A stretch of DNA of 52,361 bases, taken from assembly GCA_021804485.1 (NCBI GenBank), contig JAJZHM010000001.1:1-52361 (forward strand), given 5' to 3'. The notes beneath the pieces were generated by a model, which saw only the letters and a program-made list of their open reading frames with translations, made no database searches and had not been told where the DNA came from. Below, piece after piece: positions 27,302-38,041 of this stretch. The DNA comes from Pseudomonadota bacterium (GTDB lineage Bacteria; Pseudomonadota; Gammaproteobacteria; Pseudomonadales; Moraxellaceae). The position numbers and the translations under genes were made by a program. Numbering within the stretch: the stretch's first letter is position 1; every line of letters starts with the position of its first letter.

Positions 27302-28429
27302 TCAGGGAGTCCCGAGCATGTTTTGCCAGCCACATTGCGCCATGCACAGGCGTATCTCTTCTTCCAGTATTGCAATGACCCGGTACGCACCCGGTAGGCC
27401 AAAGGCTGCGGCGGCATGCAGTGCGGGTCGTCCCATCCAGACAAAATTGGCACCGGCCTGACAGGCTTTGAGGACATCGCTGCCACGTCGTATACCACCA
27501 TCAAGCATAAGTACAGGTTCAGGCCCCACCTCCTGGCGTATCAGGCTCAATTGGTGCAGGGCGGAAGGTGCGGCATCCAGTACGCGGCCACCATGATTGG
27601 AGACGATGATGCCATCAGCCTGGCATTCGAATGCATGGATAGCATCATCAGGGTGAAGAATGCCTTTGATGACCAGTTTGCCTGGCCAGAGATCGCGTAG
27701 CCAGCGAACATCATCCCAAGTTTGGGTAAAAGGAATCTGCTGGGTGAAAAAGCGGTTAACAACAGCACGATTCTGACTGGGGGCATAGGGAGCCCAGTTA
27801 GCAAAGGTTGGCAGACCATGATGCAGTTGGCGCACCAGCCAGCGCACATGCAAGAGCATATCAAGGATGATGTGGAGTCCGAGTCGAGGTGCGGGACCAA
27901 ATCCATTGCGCCAGTCCCGCTCACGTTTGGAGTGTACAGGTGCATCAACGGTAAGAACCAACACCTGAATTCCGGCATCGCTGGCCCGGCGAACGAGGTC
28001 AGCACTGACATTCCGATCTCGGGCAACATACAATTGAAACCAGGTGCAAGGTCCGGCAATTTCTGCAACTTGTTCCACCGTACTGGTGCCAGCACCAGAA
28101 AGGACAAACGGGATTTTGGCATCATGGGCAGCACGTGCCAACATCAATTCCATACCAGGGCGGGCAAAGCCCTGCAAGCCCATGGGCGCAATTCCGAAAG
28201 GCCAGGCATATGTTTGGTTCCAGAGCTGTACCTGGGTACAAGGCTTAGATGCATGAACCAAGTAGCGGGGAATGAGCAGAGCCTCGGCAAAGGCGCTCAG
28301 GTTGCGCTCAAGCGCGTGTTCATCCTCAACCCCACCATTGATATAATCCCGAACCAGTCGAGGCAGTACCCGATCGGCAGCAATGGAAAAATCATCCAGC
28401 GCAATCATGTCGTTCAGTGAACGCATCAT
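27302..28429 (-). CDS. FMN-dependent alpha-hydroxy acid dehydrogenase/oxidase (LldD/MdlB family)
   Basis: The SNHGGR motif (IIVSNHGGRVLD) and an FMN-dependent dehydrogenase-like TIM barrel are present. Start set at ATG 28429, after AAAGAGGGG. Confidence 0.85.
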   Translation of the reverse strand: MMRSLNDMIALDDFSIAADRVLPRLVRDYINGGVEDEHALERNLSAFAEALLIPRYLVHASKPCTQVQLWNQTYAWPFGIAPMGLQGFARPGMELMLARAAHDAKIPFVLSGAGTSTVEQVAEIAGPCTWFQLYVARDRNVSADLVRRASDAGIQVLVLTVDAPVHSKRERDWRNGFGPAPRLGLHIILDMLLHVRWLVRQLHHGLPTFANWAPYAPSQNRAVVNRFFTQQIPFTQTWDDVRWLRDLWPGKLVIKGILHPDDAIHAFECQADGIIVSNHGGRVLDAAPSALHQLSLIRQEVGPEPVLMLDGGIRRGSDVLKACQAGANFVWMGRPALHAAAAFGLPGAYRVIAILEEEIRLCMAQCGWQNMLGTP

Positions 28430-28457
28430 CAGCCCCTCTTTTAAATTTGTGCCAGGT

Positions 28458-30107
28458 TCATGGAGCAATCCTATCCTTGATCATTCGTGCAACCGGCAGA
28501 GGAATTCTGGATAGGGAACGCAACAGATGCGGAAGCAGCCGCAGCTTGATGCCTGCCAGTGCCGGTGGCACAATGGCTTCAATCAGATGGGGGCCAGGAT
28601 TGGCCAGACAGAACTCCAGTGCCCGGATTAGCTCTTCAGCCGTTTCAGCGCGTTGGCTGTGAACACCCATACTGCGTCCGAGCTGTACAAAATCGAGTGC
28701 AGGGGAGTCAATGCGCAGCTGATCGCGGGCTTTTTGTCCTCCGGCTGCACCGACACGCTGCAGTTCAACGTTGAGAATGGCATAGGATGCATTGTTGAAA
28801 ACGATATTGGTGATATTCAGTTGTTCCCGAACCATGGTCCACAGCGCCTGAGGGGTGTACATGGCAGCGCCATCACCAACAAGTGCCAGAACCGGTCGAT
28901 TTGGGCAGGCAATGGCTGCACCCACAGCCACAGGAAGCCCTTGTCCAATGGCACCACCGGTCAGGGTGAGCAGGTCATGCGCCGGAGCTGAGGCTGTGTA
29001 AAATGGCAACATCACTCCTGATGTCTGCGCCTCATCGACAATAATGGCATGCTCAGGTAGCAGGGCGCCAATAGCTTTGCACACCTTTTCGGCCGTCAGT
29101 TTGCCTCGGGGTCGTTTAGGCCGGGCGAGTACTGTACGCATGGGTTCATGATGCATACAACCTAATATCTGCTCGAGTTCCTGAATGGCGGTGTCGATGC
29201 CCTCATCTTCGCTTACCAGAGTATGCAGCGTGCAGCCCTCAGGTACCAGTTCACTTTTTTTACCAGGGTACGCAAAAAAGGATACTGGAGCTGGACAGTC
29301 AACACGGACCAGATGCTCAATACCGGACAACTGAACGGTCGCCATTTCAGCAAAGTACGCCAAACGGGGAACAGGGGGCAGGCCTGCACCCCGACTTAAT
29401 CGTGCCGGAAAGACCTCCGTCAGTAGGGAACAGCCCGTTTGTTCCGCGATGACAGCCATTCGGGACAGATAGGGTTCCTGCAAGGCGCGGCCTCCCAGCA
29501 GAAGTGTTGTGCGTGCACCTGATTGCAGCAGACGGGCGATGTCGCTGATACGCCCAGAGTCGGGGCATGCCGGTACCTGTACCGAAGTACTTGAAACAGC
29601 TTCAGCGCCGGGAGCCCAGGTGGTATCTGCCGGCACGATCAGGGTCGCAATCGCGTGCGGGGTTGCCATGCTGACCGCACAAGCTTCAGCAACATCGGAG
29701 CCAATGTTTTGCACCGAATCCACCGTGCGCACCCAACTGGAGACATTGCGGGCCACCGTGGCAATATCAGACTGCAGTTGAGCATTCAGGGGGACGTGGT
29801 AGGTTGCATGCTCCCCGACGATATTGATGATTGGGCTACGCGCCTTGCGGGCATTATGCAGATTGGCAAGAGCATTGCCGAGGCCACAGCCAAGGTGGAG
29901 CAAGGTCGCTGCCGGTTGACCACGCATCCGGGCATAGCCATCGGCCGCACCGGAAGCCACCCCTTCGAAGAGGGTCAGGACCGCCCGCATCTGCGGATAC
30001 TGATCCAGAGCCGCAACAAAGTGCATCTCCGATGTGCCGGGATTGGTAAAGCAGACTTCTACGCCGGCTTGTAGCAGTGTCTGAATCATCGCTTCTGCAC
30101 CACGCAT
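28458..30107 (-). CDS. Thiamine-diphosphate-dependent enzyme (acetolactate synthase / benzoylformate decarboxylase-like)
   Basis: The N-terminal TPP-Pyr domain (CFTNPGTSEMHF) and the ThDP-binding motif GDGAAMYTPQALWT...NNASY are present. Confidence 0.85.
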   Translation of the reverse strand: MRGAEAMIQTLLQAGVEVCFTNPGTSEMHFVAALDQYPQMRAVLTLFEGVASGAADGYARMRGQPAATLLHLGCGLGNALANLHNARKARSPIINIVGEHATYHVPLNAQLQSDIATVARNVSSWVRTVDSVQNIGSDVAEACAVSMATPHAIATLIVPADTTWAPGAEAVSSTSVQVPACPDSGRISDIARLLQSGARTTLLLGGRALQEPYLSRMAVIAEQTGCSLLTEVFPARLSRGAGLPPVPRLAYFAEMATVQLSGIEHLVRVDCPAPVSFFAYPGKKSELVPEGCTLHTLVSEDEGIDTAIQELEQILGCMHHEPMRTVLARPKRPRGKLTAEKVCKAIGALLPEHAIIVDEAQTSGVMLPFYTASAPAHDLLTLTGGAIGQGLPVAVGAAIACPNRPVLALVGDGAAMYTPQALWTMVREQLNITNIVFNNASYAILNVELQRVGAAGGQKARDQLRIDSPALDFVQLGRSMGVHSQRAETAEELIRALEFCLANPGPHLIEAIVPPALAGIKLRLLPHLLRSLSRIPLPVARMIKDRIAP

Positions 30108-30123
30108 ACGGGGCTCTCCCTGG

Positions 30124-31740
30124 TTAATGGCATTCTGATGATGGAACGATGGAACGAATGGCGGCCTTAGCTGTCAGGATGCAGCCCGGTAGAAAGGTCC
30201 CTTCCAGCGAACGGCGACCGCTGCAGCCACCGCCGCCAAAACCGGCAGCCTCGCCGACACAGTACAGACCCGTAATGGCCCTGTTATCCCGATCAAGAAC
30301 CCGACTCTGCAGATCGGTGCGTAAGCCTCCAAGACTTTTGCGGGTAATAAGCTGAAGCTGCATAGCAATCCAAGGACCTGAACCGGGTTTCTGCAGGGGC
30401 GCCGGCTTGCAGGTTCTTAACCGGTCAGCAGGCCATTGACGGGCATGGAGTATGCGCCGAATCTGATCATCATTATACAGACGATTTCCTTGGGCAAACT
30501 GGGCATCGAAGGCATTAACTGTTGCGTTTAGTACATCAGCATGAATGTGCGATTTTCCGGTCAGGTCATTCATGCGTTGTGCCAGACCCTCCAGGGTCTG
30601 GTCGGCGAGGACATGTGGACTTTCAGCCAACATCTGCCGGATCAGACGTTTGTTGCCGTTCAGGGTATCCAACAGAAAACGAAAGAAATGTCGATCCCGG
30701 ATATGGGGATTATGTTCGGCACCCGAGATGGCAAATTCCTTGATGGCAATGCGCCAGTTCATCAGTTGCCATGTATAAGGCATTTCCAGGCGAGCCACAT
30801 CAAGACAAAGCTGATGGGTGTCAAATCCGGTGACCAGCGGTTGAGGGCCAATGCGTTCACCGCGATGATTGAGCCATAGGGCTGACTTGCAGGGTATGGC
30901 GGACAGGCCATGACCTGGAAAATGTGGTTGTGGGTGCGGAATCCCGGCAGCATAGTTCCACATCGAACCGGCATTGTGAATCTGAGCGGACAGATGGTCG
31001 GCGACCCAATGATGCAATGTACCATCGCTATAGGGGTGAGCCCCATTAAGAAAGGTTGAGGGCATGGGGCGATCGTTCGGCCAGTGTGCCCGAACTGAGG
31101 CCTCACTGCCATTGATACCCCCCATGGCAAGGATCACGATCGGGGCCTGGATTCGGACGATGGCCTGATCTGTTTCCCGACGCGCCTGAACGCCACAGAT
31201 CTGACCGGCCTGATGTTCCAGACTGAGCACTTGGTGCTGATGCAGGATCTGGAGGCGACCCGAACTTGCGGCATGAACCTGGGCAATCATACGTTTGAGA
31301 AGGTGGCGTGCGGTACCCCAGATCACGTGATAGCGGGGAAGGCTGTTACCATCGCCCTGCATACCGCGTTCAACCCAGTTGACAGCAGGCATGAAGCCAA
31401 CACCCTCGCGGCGAAGCCATTCATAGACGTCCGGACAGGAACGGTGTACATAATGTTCAGCCCATTGCCGGGAATAAACATCATCCTCGGCGAGTTCAGC
31501 AAAGCTTAGCCAGTCCGCCAAGGCTCGTTCCGGTGTGTCCGGGATCCGGTGTCTTTTTTGCAGCGGTGTTCCAACAAGAGCCATTCCGCCAAAAGCCCAG
31601 AGACCCAGCCCCCCGAGGCGTTCAGGTGTGTCCCGGTCCACCAGAATAACCTTTAATCCGGATCGAAGTGCTTCCAGGGTACTGACCAGACCAGCCAAAC
31701 CGCCACCCACGATGACCAGATCAGCATGCATGGTTGTCAT
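30124..31740 (-). CDS. FAD-binding dehydrogenase (fumarate reductase/KstD-like flavoprotein fold)
   Basis: The N-terminal dinucleotide-binding motif DLVIVGGGLAGL is present. The product is 538 aa with a C-terminal GEAAGFGGGG motif. Confidence 0.75.
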   Translation of the reverse strand: MTTMHADLVIVGGGLAGLVSTLEALRSGLKVILVDRDTPERLGGLGLWAFGGMALVGTPLQKRHRIPDTPERALADWLSFAELAEDDVYSRQWAEHYVHRSCPDVYEWLRREGVGFMPAVNWVERGMQGDGNSLPRYHVIWGTARHLLKRMIAQVHAASSGRLQILHQHQVLSLEHQAGQICGVQARRETDQAIVRIQAPIVILAMGGINGSEASVRAHWPNDRPMPSTFLNGAHPYSDGTLHHWVADHLSAQIHNAGSMWNYAAGIPHPQPHFPGHGLSAIPCKSALWLNHRGERIGPQPLVTGFDTHQLCLDVARLEMPYTWQLMNWRIAIKEFAISGAEHNPHIRDRHFFRFLLDTLNGNKRLIRQMLAESPHVLADQTLEGLAQRMNDLTGKSHIHADVLNATVNAFDAQFAQGNRLYNDDQIRRILHARQWPADRLRTCKPAPLQKPGSGPWIAMQLQLITRKSLGGLRTDLQSRVLDRDNRAITGLYCVGEAAGFGGGGCSGRRSLEGTFLPGCILTAKAAIRSIVPSSECH

Positions 31741-31818
31741 ATTAAAGCTCCCTCTCTTGCGTTCTGTGCATCTTAGCGTTTAAATGATGAATAAATTTGA
31801 CTTTACAGGACAAAGCGA

Positions 31819-32859
31819 TTGACTTTACGTGCCACTGTATCCATCCAGTGGGTCCAGACCGTGGTGCAAACTGCCTGTTCACGGGGCGTAGCCATGGATG
31901 CACTGCTGCGTACTGCAGGTATCGATCCTGCCGAACTGCATCGGGAACGCTGGCCCATCGATTCCATTACACGCTTGTGGTGGGCCGCAGTGAATCTGTC
32001 CGGTGATGCGGGTTTTGGTCTGCGGGTAGGGCGACAGGCAGGACCCGCCAGTTTTCATGTGGTGGGATACATCCTCCAGTCCTCCGCCACACTTCGCAAT
32101 GCCCTGGATCAGGTGCAAAAATATCAGCCATTGATTTCCGATGGTGGACGATTTCAACTCCTGTCCGGTAGCGATGCCAGCTGGCTGATCTATCACCCAC
32201 GCCAGGGCGCACTGGCATTCAGTCCTCATCAGATCGAGGCGGTTTTAGCTGCTTTGGTCAGCTTTGTCCGCAATGTGACTGGCATTGCCATTCGTCCCTC
32301 TGCAGTTCGGTTCAGTCATTCCCGTCTCGGCCCATTAAGCGGTTATCGGAGCAGTTTTTCCTGCCCTGTCGAGTTTGACCAGGCATTCAGCGGTATTCTG
32401 CTCAATCACCACTGGTTGGATATTCCCTTACCTCAGGCAGATCCCCAGTTGAATCGGGTCCAGGAAAATTTCGCAGAATTACGAATGAATGCCCTAGAGG
32501 AACATCCTGATCTGGCATCCATGCTGCAAGCCTGGATACAGGCCATAGCCGTAGGTGGTCAATGGCCCGACCGGGCTCAGGCCGCACGACGCTTTGAACT
32601 CAGCGAACGCACTTTGGCACGACGACTGAAACAGGAAGGTACCTCATACAGTGATCTACTCGATCAGGTAAGACGCAGCTATGTCCTCGAGGCACTCAGG
32701 AATCCACGTCGAACTATTGATGAAGTTGCCCTGCAGGCAGGGTTTTCAGACCTCAGTCCATTCTATCGGAGTGTTCAGCGCTGGATCCACATGACCCCAG
32801 CGCAATGGCGAAACAATGGTTTGCCACAAATCACTGATGCAGCTGTCATCAAAGATTAA
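31819..32859 (+). CDS. AraC-family transcriptional regulator
   Basis: The C-terminal AraC HTH (ERTLARRLKQEGTSYSDLL...GFSDLSPFYRSVQRW) and an N-terminal AraC-type ligand-binding region are present. The gene is divergent from the oxidoreductase operon. A TTG start is assumed. Confidence 0.8.
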   Translation: MTLRATVSIQWVQTVVQTACSRGVAMDALLRTAGIDPAELHRERWPIDSITRLWWAAVNLSGDAGFGLRVGRQAGPASFHVVGYILQSSATLRNALDQVQKYQPLISDGGRFQLLSGSDASWLIYHPRQGALAFSPHQIEAVLAALVSFVRNVTGIAIRPSAVRFSHSRLGPLSGYRSSFSCPVEFDQAFSGILLNHHWLDIPLPQADPQLNRVQENFAELRMNALEEHPDLASMLQAWIQAIAVGGQWPDRAQAARRFELSERTLARRLKQEGTSYSDLLDQVRRSYVLEALRNPRRTIDEVALQAGFSDLSPFYRSVQRWIHMTPAQWRNNGLPQITDAAVIKD

Positions 32860-33100
32860 TGGTATGAATAGTCAGTAATGATTATTCTGGCAACCAGAAA
32901 GATGCTTGTATTGCTTGATTTTGACCTTTATTCACGTTTCTTAAAATCTGGATCAAGATTTAGAGTTATAAAAATAGGGGATTGATACGTTTTTAATTGT
33001 ATAGTGGTTGTGTCTGGTACCTCATGTTGGTTTGGTGTTTGTTTGGACAAGATGCGATGGAGCGCACACTGACTGGAGACCCTTTTGGGAGTTGATGTGT

Positions 33101-33559
33101 ATGCGTTTCGTGTGGGATGATCGGCTGAAAACAGGTAATTTTGAAGTTGATGATCAGCACAAGCAGATTGTGGCCTTGATTGGACGCATGTCGGCTCAGG
33201 AAAAAAAACAGAGTGATCCTATGGAGTTACAAAAACTCTTTGATGCTTTGCACCTTTATGCCCATACCCATTTTGCGACTGAACAGGCACTGGTTTATCA
33301 GGCTAACCTCACCGAAACTTCTCTGTGGTTCAATCATCAGGGCGCCCATGATTATTATATGAAACGGATTCAGGAGTTTCGTGAAGATCTTGAGCGCAAA
33401 GACGAGCGGGCCTTGTTCCGGATTGTTGCCTTCCTGAAATACTGGTGGGTTGAGCATATTTGCAATGAAGATCAGTTGTTGGTAGAAGTCCTTAATGACA
33501 AGGCAACCCATGAAGCTGCTAAGACTGAACCCGAACGTTCAGTCCGAGTTCAGTCTTGA
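33101..33559 (+). CDS. Bacteriohemerythrin
   Basis: MRFVWDDRLKTGNFEVDDQHKQIV, HTHFATEQ and WVEHICNED are hemerythrin-type iron-ligand motifs. ATG 33101 comes after TGGGAG. Confidence 0.8.
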   Translation: MRFVWDDRLKTGNFEVDDQHKQIVALIGRMSAQEKKQSDPMELQKLFDALHLYAHTHFATEQALVYQANLTETSLWFNHQGAHDYYMKRIQEFREDLERKDERALFRIVAFLKYWWVEHICNEDQLLVEVLNDKATHEAAKTEPERSVRVQS

Positions 33560-33566
33560 TTGATGA

Positions 33567-36500
33567 TCAATGCAATTTACTGGTTGTGGAGGTGTTTGAG
33601 TCTAGGGTGTCACCAAGCAGGCGCCGAACGCTGACATAGAAGACTGGAATCAGCAGCAGTCCAAGCAGTGTGGCAAAAAGCATTCCTCCCATGACGCCGG
33701 TACCGATCTCGTGTCGGGAAACCGAACCGGCGCCACTGGATAATACCAGCGGCAATACCCCGAGAATGAAGGCGAAGGAAGTCATCAGAATTGGGCGCAG
33801 GCGTAGTTTGGCTGCATGCAGCACTGCATCATAAAGACTGTGTCCCTCACTCTGGTTCAATACCGCAAACTCAACAATCAGGATGGCGTTCTTGGCAGCC
33901 AGACCGATGACCGTTACCATTCCAATCTTGAAGTAAATGTCATTGGGCATGCCACGGAACAGACAGAAGGACACCATGCCGAGCAGCCCGAGAGGAACCA
34001 CCAGCAGCACGGCGACTGGAATGGACCAGCTTTCATAGAGCGCAGCAAGACAGAGAAACACAACCAGGATCGAGAGCAGCATCAGACGGTTGGAGGAACT
34101 TCCGGCCAGAACTTCCTGATAAGATTGTCCTGTCCATTCTGCACCATATCCGGAGGGCAGGGATTGATCGATCATCTTTTCGATGCTGTTCATGGCTTGG
34201 CCTGTGGTGTATCCGGGTTTCGGATTGCCCACAATTTCAACCGCTGGATAGCCGTTATAGCGTTGCAGCAGCAGTGGCCCAACGGCCCATTGCGTCTTTA
34301 GGACGCTGGCTAGAGGTACCATGTTGTATGGACTGATGCCAGGATTAGAGACAGACGGGTTCAGGTTTAATGCGGCGCTGGCGGGTACATTGGGGGCTGG
34401 CGTGAACAGATGACGCAGGACGTCGGTATCCATGCGAAAGGTGGCGTCATCCTGGACAAGAACCTGTTTGATGCGTCCTTCATACGACATCTGATCAACG
34501 TACATCGGAGCGATTTCCATATCGATGGTGTTGTAGACGTCGCTGAGAGACAGACCCATGGTGGCAGCCTGATTCCGATCAAGCTGAATCTGCAATTGTG
34601 GGGCATTAGGCAGGGCATTGGGGCGTATCTGCATCAGCATGGGGTTTTTTGCTGCTGCGCCAATCAGGGTCTTCTCGGCTTTGCCCAGTTCTTGGTGGGT
34701 CTGGCCGGCACGTGCCAGAAGATAGAGGTCGATACCACCAAAGCGACTCAGACCACGAATGGTCGGAAGATTGACGGCAAAAATTTTGGCATCCGTTATG
34801 CCGGCCAAAACCTTGTTGAACTGGGGTAGCAATTGCATCACCGTCTGCGGCCGGTCTTTCCAGTCCTTTAGTTTGATAAAGGACATACCGACATTTTCAC
34901 TGATGCCGACAAAGCTAAAGCCCTGTGGTTGAAAGATATCCTGAATGTTGGCATTGAGCGGGCTGTGCAGCAAACGCGAACGAACCTCAGCCATCACCTC
35001 TTTGGTGCGTTCAAGAGACTGTCCTGCTGGTAGATTCACCAGAGCCAGAACAAAACCCTGGTCTTCGTCGGGTACAAAACTGGTGGGCAACTTAACGAAC
35101 AGGAATCCGGCCAGCAGTGCAAACAGCGCAAAGAGCATCATCCAGCGTGGAGCATGCCGTATGGCTCGCCCGACATGCCCCTGATAGGCATGTGCCGTCT
35201 TGTTGAATGCTTGGTCAAACCTTCGGTAGATCCAGTGCCGGCCATCATGACGTTCCGGACGCAGCAGGGCGGCGCAAAGTGCGGGTGTAAAGGAAAGCGC
35301 TAGAAAAGCTGAAAAGGCCATGGATATGGCAATCGTTAGGGCAAACTGGGCATATATGATGCCCGTGGCGCCTGGCTGCAGTGCGGAAGGAACGAAAACG
35401 GCAGTCAGCACCAGAGTAATGGCCACAATGGCACCGGTGATCTGACCCATGGCTTTGCGGGTGGCCTCATGCGGGTCAAGATGTTCCTCGCTCATGATCC
35501 GTTCGACATTTTCAATGACTACAATGGCGTCATCAACCACGATTCCGATGGCCAGAACCATACCGAACAGAGTCAGCTGATTGATGGTGTAATGCATCAA
35601 CGAAAGGCCAATAAAGGTTCCCAGCAGGGCGATAGGGATCACCAGCGTTGGTATCAGTGTGGCCCTGAGATTCTGCAGGAATATCAGCATGACGAAAAAG
35701 ACCAGCACAACAGCTTCCAGTAAGGTCATGACCACTTCGTGAATGGAAGCGGTAATAAAGGGAACGGTGTCGTATGGAACGGTCCAGCTGACACCCACTG
35801 GTAAATCACGCGCTAGTGAAGCCATCTCGTGCATGACCGCATCATGCACGGAAAGGGCATTGGCCCCCGGGGTCAGGAATACACCGAGGCCACCAGCAGC
35901 TTGGCCATTTAGTTCAGCGTGTTCGCCATAACTTTGTGCACCGAAGCTGATACGGGCCACATCACTCAGCCGAACAATACTGCCATCGCTATTTGAACGC
36001 AGGATGATGTTGCGGAACTGGTCAAGGGAGGAAAACAGTTTGTCCCCAGAGACGGTGGCACTAAACTCTTGTCCGGGCAAGGCGGGATCAGATCCGATGG
36101 ATCCCGAGGAGAACTGGTTGTTCTGGGCATTGATGGCGTTCAACACCTGGGTGGTCGAAAGGCCATAGGCCTGTAACCGGTCTGGATTTAGCCAGATACG
36201 CACGGCATATTCCGAACCAAGAATAAAGGTATTGCCCACCCCATTGATCCGGGAAAGAGCTGGATTGATCCGTGATGCCATAATATCGCTGAGTTGCTGA
36301 CTGTTGATGGCCTGGTTTGTTGAGTGCAAGGCAATAAACATCAGGATATCAGGCGTGGCCTTGGCAACCGTAATGCCTTGCTGGGTAACAGCCTTGGGCA
36401 GTAGGGGTTGAGCCAGATTAACCTTGTTCTGAACCTGAACCTGAGCAATGTCCGGGTTGGTTCCGGTCGCAAAAGTTAGTGTGATGACGGTCTGACCGTT

Positions 36501-36752
36501 TGAGCCCGAATTTGAACTGAAATAAAGCAGGTTATCAATTCCGGTCAGCTGCTGTTCAATAATCTGGGTGACCGTCGACTCCATGGTCTCAGCATTTGCG
36601 CCAGGATAGTTGGCAGTTACCGTGACCTGCGGTGGTGCAATATTTGGATAGGACGATATCCCCATGTTTTGCAGGGAGATGTAGCCAAACAGAACGATCA
36701 GGATGGCAATGACCCAGGCAAAGATGGGCCTTTGAATAAAAAAACTGGGCAC
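33567..36752 (-). CDS. RND multidrug efflux permease (AcrB/MexB-like, HAE1)
   Basis: A 1061 aa product whose N-terminus FFIQRPIFAWVIAILI...YPNIAPPQV is typical of AcrB-family pumps. Confidence 0.93.
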   Translation of the reverse strand: MPSFFIQRPIFAWVIAILIVLFGYISLQNMGISSYPNIAPPQVTVTANYPGANAETMESTVTQIIEQQLTGIDNLLYFSSNSGSNGQTVITLTFATGTNPDIAQVQVQNKVNLAQPLLPKAVTQQGITVAKATPDILMFIALHSTNQAINSQQLSDIMASRINPALSRINGVGNTFILGSEYAVRIWLNPDRLQAYGLSTTQVLNAINAQNNQFSSGSIGSDPALPGQEFSATVSGDKLFSSLDQFRNIILRSNSDGSIVRLSDVARISFGAQSYGEHAELNGQAAGGLGVFLTPGANALSVHDAVMHEMASLARDLPVGVSWTVPYDTVPFITASIHEVVMTLLEAVVLVFFVMLIFLQNLRATLIPTLVIPIALLGTFIGLSLMHYTINQLTLFGMVLAIGIVVDDAIVVIENVERIMSEEHLDPHEATRKAMGQITGAIVAITLVLTAVFVPSALQPGATGIIYAQFALTIAISMAFSAFLALSFTPALCAALLRPERHDGRHWIYRRFDQAFNKTAHAYQGHVGRAIRHAPRWMMLFALFALLAGFLFVKLPTSFVPDEDQGFVLALVNLPAGQSLERTKEVMAEVRSRLLHSPLNANIQDIFQPQGFSFVGISENVGMSFIKLKDWKDRPQTVMQLLPQFNKVLAGITDAKIFAVNLPTIRGLSRFGGIDLYLLARAGQTHQELGKAEKTLIGAAAKNPMLMQIRPNALPNAPQLQIQLDRNQAATMGLSLSDVYNTIDMEIAPMYVDQMSYEGRIKQVLVQDDATFRMDTDVLRHLFTPAPNVPASAALNLNPSVSNPGISPYNMVPLASVLKTQWAVGPLLLQRYNGYPAVEIVGNPKPGYTTGQAMNSIEKMIDQSLPSGYGAEWTGQSYQEVLAGSSSNRLMLLSILVVFLCLAALYESWSIPVAVLLVVPLGLLGMVSFCLFRGMPNDIYFKIGMVTVIGLAAKNAILIVEFAVLNQSEGHSLYDAVLHAAKLRLRPILMTSFAFILGVLPLVLSSGAGSVSRHEIGTGVMGGMLFATLLGLLLIPVFYVSVRRLLGDTLDSNTSTTSKLH

Positions 36753-36767
36753 CTTTATTCTCCTTGC

Positions 36768-37955
36768 TTAGTGGCTGGATTCGGAAGGGATCGGTGATGC
36801 CTGTACTTTGGGATCCTGCCAAGGTTGTTCATGAACAGTGCTTCCTGGTTGGCTGTTCTGCAGCCCCTTGATAATCATATGATCTCCTTCGTGCAGGCCG
36901 GATGTGATGACCCACTGACCAGTCGGTCCGTTGTCCATGGTTACTGGCTGCTGCTCCACCTTGCCTTCGCTATTGACTTTGAGGACATAGGCGCCCTTTG
37001 AATCTTGCTGAACCGCTTGTTGTGGCAGGACAACCGCATGATCACGTGCGCCAATCGTTAGACTGATGTTGACATACATGCCTGGAAGCAGCAGATGATC
37101 CGGATTATGCACCTGGGCGCGCATGCCGATTGCTCCGGTCGAGGGATTTACGGACACATCACTGAAATCCAGAAAGGCCGGGATGTTGTAAGAATGTCCA
37201 TCAGGCAGGACCAGATCCGCACGTCCCTGGCCTTGGTTGGCTGAGTGCAGACGGCCTTGCTGGCGCATCGACTTAATCTGCAGCCACTCTTGGGCACTGA
37301 TGGTGAACTGAATGTAGACGGAATCAATCTGCTGGATTGTAGTGAGTAAACTGCCATTGCTGCCGCTGTCATTGGTGCCATTACCAACCAGCGATCCCGG
37401 GGTAACTTGCTGCTGGCCAGCTATACCATCAATAGGGGCTACAACCCGGGTGTATCCAAGATTAAGACGGGCTGTTTCCAGAACTGCTTGATCTGCCTTG
37501 ACCTTGGCGGCTGTGCTTCGTTCCACAGCATCGGCATCATCGACCACCTGCTGGGCAACGGCACCTGAGGCACGTTGTTGATGGTCACGTTTTGCAGTGA
37601 TGTGGGCATTGTTCAGAGTTGCCTGATCCTCTGCCAGAATCGCCAGATCGGTATCCTGCTGGGCTTTATAGTAACCGGGATCCAGTTCAAAAAGTTCTTG
37701 ACCCTTATGAACCTCTTGTCCTTCCTGATAAAGTCTCTTTAGAATGACTCCGGAAACACGTGCGACCACATTGGCAGATTGCAGCGCTGTAACGCGGCCA
37801 ACAAAAGCCTTTTGCAGAGGCAATTGCTGTTCCTTGACGATTAGTGTCGAAACAGTCGGGGTTGGGTGCGGTGTTTGTCCAGCCTGTTGATCGTTACCAC
37901 TCTTGCTGCAGCCTGCCAGAAGGGTGCAGAGTACGACAAGATAACTGCTTTTCAT
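36768..37955 (-). CDS. RND efflux periplasmic adaptor (membrane fusion protein)
   Basis: A lipobox (LLAGCS) and MFP-like coiled-coil, lipoyl and barrel regions are present. It lies immediately upstream of the RND gene. Confidence 0.88.
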   Translation of the reverse strand: MKSSYLVVLCTLLAGCSKSGNDQQAGQTPHPTPTVSTLIVKEQQLPLQKAFVGRVTALQSANVVARVSGVILKRLYQEGQEVHKGQELFELDPGYYKAQQDTDLAILAEDQATLNNAHITAKRDHQQRASGAVAQQVVDDADAVERSTAAKVKADQAVLETARLNLGYTRVVAPIDGIAGQQQVTPGSLVGNGTNDSGSNGSLLTTIQQIDSVYIQFTISAQEWLQIKSMRQQGRLHSANQGQGRADLVLPDGHSYNIPAFLDFSDVSVNPSTGAIGMRAQVHNPDHLLLPGMYVNISLTIGARDHAVVLPQQAVQQDSKGAYVLKVNSEGKVEQQPVTMDNGPTGQWVITSGLHEGDHMIIKGLQNSQPGSTVHEQPWQDPKVQASPIPSESSH

Positions 37956-38041
37956 GGTTCAGTTCCCTGGTTCATAGATGATGTCGTGTTCAGGAAATCC
38001 TCAGGGCCAACGATGTTGCTCACCCTGAGGATTCAGTTCAT

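Noticed and set aside
27547-28420. 195-aa (minus, alternative frame) and 232-aa (plus, antisense) ORFs inside the FMN-dependent dehydrogenase gene
   Set aside because: Both overlap a gene with clear family motifs. No RBS or recognisable domains; they are shadow ORFs.
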